A DNA stretch of 63,504 nt, counting the filler, from Lenisia limosa (taxonomy: Eukaryota > Protista > Breviatea), in assembly GCA_001655205.1 (NCBI GenBank). It is 10 parts of 10 records of this genome, joined end to end, with 100 filler letters (N's around TTAATTAATTAA, not from the genome) between each part and the next. Parts side by side here need not be neighbours in the genome. Positions count along the whole stretch, not along the records: positions 53,493 to 54,718 come from LPNZ01009291.1; positions 54,819 to 58,054 come from LPNZ01010238.1; positions 58,155 to 63,504 come from LPNZ01007442.1; 7 more parts are not named here. One strand, written 5' to 3'. The position numbers and the translations under genes were made by a program. Positions 54,528 through 63,504 of the stretch are shown here, in pieces. Numbering within the stretch: the first letter of the stretch is position 1; every line of letters starts with the position of its first letter. The notes beneath the pieces were generated by a model that was not told the origin of the DNA, did no database searches, and was given only the letters and a program-made list of their open reading frames with translations.

Positions 54528-54818
54528 GTCGGGGGTTGAGGAAGTAGTGCATTACTAGGGCTTCACTTCGGGTCGGAAAAAGACTGAATTTCTTGATAAA
54601 TCCTCGAACACTATCTATATTTGAGCGGTTTTTTTCGAACCGAAGTGAGGCCCGATGTATAACCATGAGGAGGAGGGGGAGGGGGGTCGAAGCAGGTTCC
54701 TCAAAACTTGCACCTGGGNNNNNNNNNNNNNNNNNNNNNNNNNNNNNNNNNNNNNNNNNNNNTTAATTAATTAANNNNNNNNNNNNNNNNNNNNNNNNNN
54801 NNNNNNNNNNNNNNNNNN

Positions 54819-57800
54819 GCGCGTGACCGTTCGGAGCTTTTCGATGGTCATGCTGAGGCGGATGCCTTCTTCGCCTTCACCAATATCATGGCTGATTGCA
54901 AGTGGGGGGTACGTGGTATTGTTGTTTGTAGGGGTGGAAGGTAATGGTCAGGAAGGGAGTGAGGTTAGATTGAATGGGTGTTAACCTTGCTTTGAGACAG
55001 GTGGAGAAGGGAGAGCTTCCGGGGTGGGCGGCGTGGGGTCTCGTTCGACTGGGTGGAGGTCAGGGTAAATTATCACATTTATGAAACAAAAAAACTCTAT
55101 TGGCTGAATATTTCTGGTCACAAATGCTGGAATTGGAAATCAAAGTCTTGAGGCATTCAGTCACAATTTGTTTTATCAGAGAAAACGACATGCTTTGTTT
55201 TACTCTCAGAGAAAGCGTAATGCTTTGTTTTCCCTCTAACTCCATAGGGAAAACTTCTTGCGCTGTCTTGATGATACTCCTGAGGGCATATCGGGTCGAC
55301 TCTTGGAGGTGACCGCTCTGGTTACCAGGAAATACCCCGCGTTGGGCCATGATATGGTGGGGTGTATAATTATACCACGCAGAAAGCGGTGTGCACAGAG
55401 TTGTAAGGCAATGATTGGGTGAATTAATGTTATATAATCCAATATCTCTTATAAGCTTGATGGTGTGGACGGCTGCGGCCAGATACTACTTTATTTTTTC
55501 TTTTTTATTGCTAAATACCACTGATATGACATGGTGGTAATGGTGGTGGTAGAAGTATCCTATATTCCCCCCGTTCTTACACTGAAGAACTCGAAGACGT
55601 TGCTGCCGGAATACTATGCTTTCCGATGGGTGACGCTCATGTTTGCGCAAGACTTGTCCCTCCCGGTTGGCCTGGCTTTTGGCTTGGTTTTGGGGATGGA
55701 TGNNNNNNNNNNNNNNNNNNNNNNNNNNNNNNNNNNNNNNNNNNNNNNNNNNNNNNNNNNNNNNNNNNNNNNNNNNNNNNNNNNNNNNNNNNNNNNNNNN
55801 NNNNNNNNNNNNNNNNNNNNNNNNNNNNNNNNNNNNNNNNNNNNNNNNNNNNNNNNNNNNNNNNNNNNNNNNNNNNNNNNNNNNNNNNNNNNNNNNNNNN
55901 NNNNNNNNNNNNNNNNNNNNNNNNNNNNNNNNNNNNNNNNNNNNNNNNNNNNNNNNNNNNNNNNNNNNNNNNNNNNNNNNNNNNNNNNNNNNNNNNNNNN
56001 NNNNNNNNNNNNNNNNNNNNNNNNNNNNNNNNNNTGTATGCTGGGGAGGCACGCAGAAAGCTGTGTGCACAGTAAGGCAAATGATTGGGTGAATTCATAT
56101 TATACTATAATTCAAAATCTCTTATAAGAGTGATGGTGTGGACCGCTTCGGCCAGATAAATCTTTATTTTTATTTCTCATTGCTATATATCATATACTTA
56201 GATGTTTGTTTCATACTGCGTTCCATTGGCGGAGAGGGGTTGGGCAGAANNNNNNNNNNNNNNNNNNNNNNNNNNNNNNNNNNNNNNNNNNNNNNNNNNN
56301 NNNNNNNNNNNNNNNNNNNNNNNNNNNNNNNNNNNNNNNNNNNNNNNNNNNNNNNNNNNNNNNNNNNNNNNNNNNNNNNNNNNNNNNNNNNNNNNNNNNN
56401 NNNNNNNNNNNNNNNNNNNNNNNNNNNNNNNNNNNNNNNNNNNNNNNNNNNNNNNNNNNNNNNNNNNNNNNNNNNNNNNNNNNNNNNNNNNNNNNNNNNN
56501 NNNNCTTGTTGCAGCAGTTCCAAAATATGGTTGGGGTGGTTCGACCCTTATATGATATACATGTCTGGGAAGTATAACAAATTTGTTTCTGTCCAAACCA
56601 TGTTATTTATCTCCACATACTATATATGATATAATACATGTACGTATTACCCTTTTTGGGCAAAAGTGCCATAGTTTATCAGATACAAACACACCTCGTC
56701 CCCCCTGGCTGATATTTTAGGTTGATATTGACGTGACACGACTATTGATGCATGCATTCTCTCTTTGGGCCGAGGATCACACCATTCAACCCCCAGGTTG
56801 GCGCTGGAAAATACTAATGGGGCAAAATTAAGATACATCATGAATAAAATATTTCATATGATTTTATGGTTGCTGTGTGCACAGATTTGTAAGGCAAATG
56901 ATTGGGTGAATTAATATTATACTATAATCTAATATCTCTTATAAGCATGATGGTGTGGACGGCTTCGGCCGGATACATCCTTATTTTTTTTCTCATTGCT
57001 AATGCTATGAAATCATTTGAAATCGGTCACAGAAGATTGTTTTTAGTGTATTGGGTAGACTTCGTCAAATTCATTTTTGCGGACTTTATTTAACAAAAGT
57101 TGAAGTTAGTGTCAGAAATGGAGTTCTCGTTACACTATTTCCCATTGTTCGATTCACCGCATAGGTCCCTCCCTGTCCCTCTATCAAAACATCCCCCCAA
57201 AACCCCCAACGCCCACCCCCATCCCTGACNNNNNNNNNNNNNNNNNNNNNNNNNNNNNNNNNNNNNNNNNNNNNNNNNNNNNNNNNNNNNNNNNNNNNNN
57301 NNNNNNNNNNNNNNNNNCACTGTGAGGGGCTTAACAAGCATATTAGGCAGGTTATAAGAAACGTTTTCCTTAGTAGGCAGCTTTTAATAACCCTTATCAT
57401 ATTAAGAGCATCAACTTACCATATTAGGCAGCTTATAACACTTTCCCTAAACTTACCATATTAGGCACCTTCCCAAGTTGTCTACGTTCGCCCCCAAGCG
57501 CGACGGCCGGTTGGCCAGATACCCGAATTTCTATATCATAGTACTTACATGCATGATTTCATACTCCCATTCAGCCACCACCACCACCCGTGCAAATGCA
57601 GTCTCAAGCCTCAACAGAAGCTCCTGAGCCCACCCCTTCACCCCAGGGTATNNNNNNNNNNNNNNNNNNNNNNNNNNNNNNNNNNNNNNNNNNNNNNNNN
57701 NNNNNNNNNNNNNNNNNNNNNNNNNNNNNNNNNNNNNNNNNNNNNNNNNNNNNNNNNNNNNNNNNNNNNNNNNNNNNNNNNNNNNNNNNNNNNNNNNNNN

Positions 57801-58054
57801 NNNNNNNNNNNNNNNNNNNNNNNNNNNNNNNNNNNNNNNNNNNNNNNNNNNNNNNNNNNNNNNNNNNNNNNNNNNNNNNNNNNNNNNNNNNNNNNNNNNN
57901 NNNNNNNNNNNNNNNNNNNNNNNNNNNNNNNCAAATATTCAGCTAATAGAGTTGATTCGTGGGTCCTATTTTTGTTTCATAAATTTGATAATTGACCCTG
58001 ACCTCCACCCAGTCGAACGAGACCCCACGCCGCCCACCCCGGAAGCTCTCCCTT
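54819..58054 (+). CDS. TBC-domain Rab GTPase-activating protein (TBC1D13-like, partial)
   Basis: HAEADAFFAFTNIMAD and LLPEYYAFRWVTLMFAQDLSLP are TBC motifs. Confidence 0.88.
56036..56190 (+). repeat. Intronic repeat family B (gtatgctggggaggcacgcagaaagctgtgtgcacag...ggacggcttcggccagata)
   Basis: Copies at ~100-260, 960-1110 and 1715-1800 (minus), and at 55375, 56870, 59010, 63290. Confidence 0.88.
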
Positions 58055-59406
58055 NNNNNNNNNNNNNNNNNNNNNNNNNNNNNNNNNNNNNNNNNNNNTT
58101 AATTAATTAANNNNNNNNNNNNNNNNNNNNNNNNNNNNNNNNNNNNNNNNNNNNCCCCCCCCCCCCCCACTTTTGGGTCAAGATCCGGGTTAGCGTAGGC
58201 GCCAAGAACGCCATCACAGATGCGGTGTAGGGGAGTCTCGAGTCGGCTTGAGCGAACGTCTGAATTTCTTAGTTATAGCAAAGTAGGTTATAGTATCAAA
58301 ACCTAGCTCGGTTGAAAGTAGGGTATTTTATCGGTCTTTTTCAAACCACGTGAAGCCCAAGTTGAAAGGCAAAAAAAGAACCATTGCCGCTCACCCCCCC
58401 CCCCCCNNNNNNNNNNNNNNNNNNNNNNNNNNNNNNNNNNNNNNNNNNNNNNNNNNNNNNNNNNNNNNNNNNNNNNNNNNNNNNNGAAGGTTTTAATAAT
58501 AGATTATATGGGAACTTATCTGGTCGAAGCGATTCATCACGCGTATAAGAGATATTGGATAATAGTACAAGAGATATTGGAGGTATTGGATTATAGTATA
58601 ATAAGAGATATTGGATTATGGACGGGAGGGAGGGTGACTAAATATAGCCCCGTCATTCAGGCTTCACTTCGGTTCGAAAAAAGACGAAATTTCTCGATGA
58701 ATCCTCGAAAACTATCGAAGCTTACCGGTATTTTTCTAACCGAAGTGAAGCCCTACCCATCATTTCCCAACAGTACCAGGGTTTATACTCCCAAAATGTC
58801 CGTCTTAAAATATCCGTCTTATTGCGTAACCCATATAATATCGCCCCGTCATAAATCATCAGCCAACCTCGGCGGGCATAAACTGCTGTCGGTCGGGACG
58901 GTTCCGAAGAAAAGGAGGGCTTTTTGGTCTTTGAGGGTGATTGGGGTTGTCGTTGTCAAAAAAGATATGGCATCGCAAAAAATTGTGACATCATGATAAT
59001 ACTTGGACTATGGGGAGGCACGCAGAAAGCTGTTTGTACAGAGTTGTAAGGCAAATAATAGGGTGAGCTAATATATTATACTATAGCCCTATATCACTGA
59101 TTGCGTGATGGCGTGGACGGCTTAGCCAGATTCAAACTTGTATTTTTATTTCTCATTGCAATATATGATATACTATATATAATACATATGATATTATATA
59201 TTATAGATATTTCATATAAAAAAAAAAAAANNNNNNNNNNNNNNNNNNNNNNNNNNNNNNNNNNNNNNNNNNNNNNNNNNNNNNNNNNNNNNNNNNNNNN
59301 NNNNNNNNNNNNNNNNNNNNNNNNNNNNNNNNNNNNNNNNNNNNNNNNNNNNNNNNNNNNNNNNNNNNNNNNNNNNNNNNNNNNNNNNNNNNNNNNNNNN
59401 NNNNNN

Positions 59407-62400
59407 CCCGAAGCAAAGCTATCCAAACAAGGCACATGGACTCGAGCGGGCGGCCCGGGTTGGGTGTGTCCGGTTTGAGGCCCACTACCCCAGGTGTATA
59501 GCTCGCCTTGGCCTGGGGGGAGTGAAATATGAAATTTATGAAACAAAAAAAACCCCAAATCAACTCTGCTGGCTGATAACACAGAAAGATTGAACAACAA
59601 CAAACAAAGTCGTTTCTGCAGCACCGCGTCTCATATCAGATCAGGGAGAATAATGGTGTATTAGGGGGGTGTGAGATTGGAAAATTTATGAAAAAAAACA
59701 TAAAAAAAAAAAGGGGACCAAAATTAACTCTATTTGAAGAAGGTCAAATCAGGGAAATTACAAAAGAAACTAATGGTGAAGATAAAGGGGGGTAAAACGA
59801 TAGAATTACACATAAACACATACATACATATATGTATAGTCAAAGCTCCGGACATCATTCAAAATTCCCGGACATATCAAAACTCCCGGACAGCTTGAGT
59901 TTTTCATACAAAATCACCATAAACCACCCAGAAACCCTATTTCTCTTCTGTTTTTGAAAGTAATCTCAATCTTAATTAAATAATGAAACCCAAATTTAAC
60001 ATACTATAGGGTCAAAACCAAATTAAGTCCCTAAGCTCTCTATTTAGGGTCCAAGCAAAAACCATTATAAAAGGCCACATTCAAGGAATAAATGGCAACT
60101 GTCCGGGAAAGTTTACCCCTGTAGACAGTGCTATTTTTTAGCATTTTCCCCTCAAAATTCATCATTACAGAGCCAAAGCAAATGGGAACCCGGAACCAAT
60201 TACTCCGAGGGGTACAAATTTTTGTTTCTTAACACTAAAAGAGGGTAAGATTCAGAAAAAAATCCGTGAAAAGGCAAAAGGGGGACCCCGGGAGACCAAA
60301 TTCACGGATTTTTGACATTTGCTCAAAATTGAAAAAAAAAAGTTTGGGAACATTAGGAGGTCCATTTCTCTATGTATCTGTCTAAGCATTTTTTCAAAAA
60401 ACACTAGCAATGGCCTATACAAGGTGTCAACTTCAAGCTGTCCGGGAGTTTTGATGTGTCCGGGAATTTTGAATGATGTCCGGATCTTTGAGGACCCACA
60501 TATATGTATTATACACACACACACACACAAACCTTCAACCACAAGTACATGTAATATACATATGATATGATATAAAAGCCACAATACCCCCCTCCCCACG
60601 AGTAAGAGCGCCGGAGTGCCAGCGTCCGGCCTGAATGCCCAAAAGAGCCATGCCAAGAAGCGTATCGATGCGTCTCGGCATGTGAACGTCCGCGGCTGTG
60701 GGAGGTGAGTGAATGAAAAATTAATGAAACAACATCAAAAAAGAGGCCCAAAAATTATTATTGTTGGTAAAATGTTGGACATTTCGATGAATATTGGCTG
60801 AATGGGTGTGTGGGTGGCAGGTCAATGGGGAGTAAAAATTGAAAATGTGAAACACTAAAAAAAAACAAAAAAAAAAAGATCAACTCTAGTATTTGGGACA
60901 CACATGAGGGTCAAAAACAACAAAACAAACAAAGCCCAGGCTAGTCGCTTGTGCAGCACCGCATCCCATCATGCCTCTCCCCCCTCATGAAATAAATAAA
61001 AAAACTGCCCTCCTACGAGATCCGAACCCAAGGCGATGCGACGAGCTGCGACCCCATGAGAACACCGTATCAAGCTCTGGGGGGAAAATATTAAAAAAAA
61101 CACAATAATAAAAAAATAAAAATATTGCCCTCTTTCCCACCTGTCAGAGTTAGAGAATGAATCATCACCCCCCTAACACAACCACTTCTTTGTCTTTTCA
61201 AAAACGAATTCATTCATACAATGATGTAATATATACATGTATATACTATGTAAGTTCATACAATGATTTAAAATAAGTTCGGAATTTGATGTAATTTCCG
61301 GCAAATACCCATATTTACCTACCCCATTCATTTGAAAACGGTCCCCTCCCCCCACCAGTCATGGCAAACGAATGGAACGGTCCTGCCGTAATTGCCCTTA
61401 TTTTTCCAGTCAGGGCAGTGACGCGACTGAACGTTCGCACCATGTTGAAGTTAGGCCCGAGTCCTGGGGGNNNNNNNNNNNNNNNNNNNNNNNNNNNNNN
61501 NNNNNNNNNNNNNNNNNNNNNNNNNNNNNNNNNNNNNNNNNNNNNNNNNNNNNNNNNNNNNNNNNNNNNNNNNNNNNNNNNNNNNNNNNNNNNNNNNNNN
61601 NNNNNNNNNNNNNNNNNNNNNNNNNNNNNNNNNNNNNNNNNGTACATAAAAATGGAAAATTTATGAAACAAACAAAACCCAGAATCAACAATGTTGGGGG
61701 GGGGGGTACAATTGAAAAATTTATGTAACATAAAAAGCCCAAATAAACTTAGTTGGATGGCAACACACGAGGGTTGATAACAACAAAACAAACTGCATGG
61801 GGAGGGGGGATAAGAACGAAATAATAGTGACAAGTAGGGCTTCCCTACGCTCCCAAAAAAGACCGAATCTCTTGATTCCTCGATAAATATCGATATTCAA
61901 ATGGTCTTTTTCGGAGAGTAGGGAAGCCCAGGTGATAATTTGGATTAATTACACAGCTTTTGGATAAGAAAGTGAAGCTCTGCATAAACGTCCTACCAAG
62001 TTGGCCAGTTGCGTTGCTGCCAGTGGAGAAGACAACTCCGTTATCTGGTATAGTAACAGGGTATATTGGGAAGCAGAGGAAAATCAATTAAACCACATTA
62101 TTGTAGCCATTATTTTTGGCTTGTCTAAAAATGGGGCGGCTCTTTAAAAAAACGTCTGTTGTTGCAAAAATTAACTTTTTATTTTTTAATATTGTTTACA
62201 AAAATACCACTTTTATCAATTATTTTTTAACACAGACACTGCCATCCCCTTTTTANNNNNNNNNNNNNNNNNNNNNNNNNNNNNNNNNNNNNNNNNNNNN
62301 NNNNNNNNNNNNNNNNNNNNNNNNNNNNNNNNNNNNNNNNNNNNNNNNNNNNNNNNNNNNNNNNNNNNNNNNNGAGCAAGCGAGTGTGAGTGTCCGAGAG

Positions 62401-62450
62401 ATACATCAACAATTTTGGTGGTCTGAGGTACAGAACCGGAGAAATTCACC
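59407..62450 (-). CDS. RCC1-repeat protein (partial; probably extends on both sides)
   Basis: Repeated RCC1 units: KIVDVSLGHSHSLA; GVVFSTGSNATGQLG; IRAITAGPFHSFAMT; VFSWGRSSSHRLG; IQAGRWHSGALT; GELYTWGSGPQTG. Confidence 0.9.
59840..60491. mobile_element. Non-autonomous TIR element (~650 bp)
   Basis: ~58-bp inverted termini tcaaag(c/a)tccggacatcattcaaaattcccggaca(t/c)atcaaaactcccggacagcttga, with three internal ccggaca subrepeats. No ORF inside. Confidence 0.85.
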
Positions 62451-63504
62451 TGAAAATCAAATAGAGTTGTTAAGCTTTTTAAAACAAGACAATCATATGT
62501 ATACCATCTTCATAAAGATCAATGATATAATGATTGAAATATGACGATCGTAAAGAGACTTTACTGTAAGAATGAATAAACTTCAATGGGATAACAACAT
62601 TTGTTTACAAATAAGTGATTTTGAAAAATACCGACTTTCAGGCAAAATGACAACCGTAGATGTATAACTCGAGCTTTCCTATTGTTTTGGTGTCATACGA
62701 GCAATCTCTTCGGTCTCCACAAAACCCATCTCAATCTCTACTCCTAACCGCGATAAATTTCTTTATTTTCGGACCGAAGCGAATCTGACACTCCAGGCTA
62801 CTTCGCAATCAAAGGAACTAGAAATGATGGTCGTTCTTGCCGTCATGGCCTTTGACCCCCAGAAAAGAGGGGTGGGCCTTATCTTGAGTTCAATGAGGGT
62901 AGTTTCTTCTATGTCTTTATTGATTCTGTTCCTTTCTTCACCTTTTTTTTGTGATTTGTATAATAGGGGTAGGGCTTCACAGTAACCCCACGAACCAGGG
63001 TGGGTCCGATGATGTGAGAAGTTGAAGCAACACCGCACTGGCAATCTCCGTTCCATCCCCACATAATCTACAAAATATTAGGATGTTTTATCACCACATA
63101 ACTTACAAATGTTAGGAAGAAGACACGGGCTTCACTTCGATTCAAAAAAGACCAGTAAAATATCGATTGTTTTCGAGGATTTTTCGAGAATTTCAGTCTT
63201 TTTTCAAACCGAAGTGAAGCCCTAAAGGAAGACTAATCAACAAGGTGCCAGTATTACATGCTTTCGAAAAAAAACGTTTTGTGGATAGCTACATATCTAT
63301 TAGGATTGGGTGAATTAATATTATACAATAATCCAATATTTCTTATAAGCGTGATTGTGTGCATGGCTTCGCTGGATACAACCTTTTTTTTATTTCTCAT
63401 TGCTATATCTATTATAATACATAATCTCTGATTGTCATATTTCAAGTTGGACTCCTTTGACAGTTTACACCCCCCCTCCCCCACTTACCACTGCACCTCC
63501 AAGA

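Overview
Eukaryotic, intron-containing DNA. The window is about ten unrelated contigs joined by nine artificial 100-nt linkers (44 N + TTAATTAATTAA + 44 N), so gene order across linkers means nothing. Recognisable spliced genes: ankyrin-repeat protein, LMBR1-like membrane protein, METAP2, axonemal-type dynein heavy chain (AAA1-AAA3), secreted GH31 alpha-glucosidase, pyruvate kinase, glycolipid transfer protein (GLTP), RPLP1, prohibitin, a SNF2-family helicase, a YqhD-type alcohol dehydrogenase, a TBC Rab-GAP and an RCC1-repeat protein. This gene set suggests a flagellated, possibly anaerobic protist (inference). Main result: in the compact contig (27.8-47.7 kb), at least nine ultra-short introns (22-26 nt) run GT...TG rather than GT...AG. 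They lie in pyruvate kinase, GLTP and prohibitin. Removing each gives gap-free agreement with homologue motifs recalled from memory, while the nearest AG alternatives break the frame. They are about half of the <=28-nt introns I could decode. The long-intron contigs instead carry dispersed repeat families that supply the splice sites themselves (introner-like), plus several MITE families. No RNA data are available, so all intron calls are inferred from homology.
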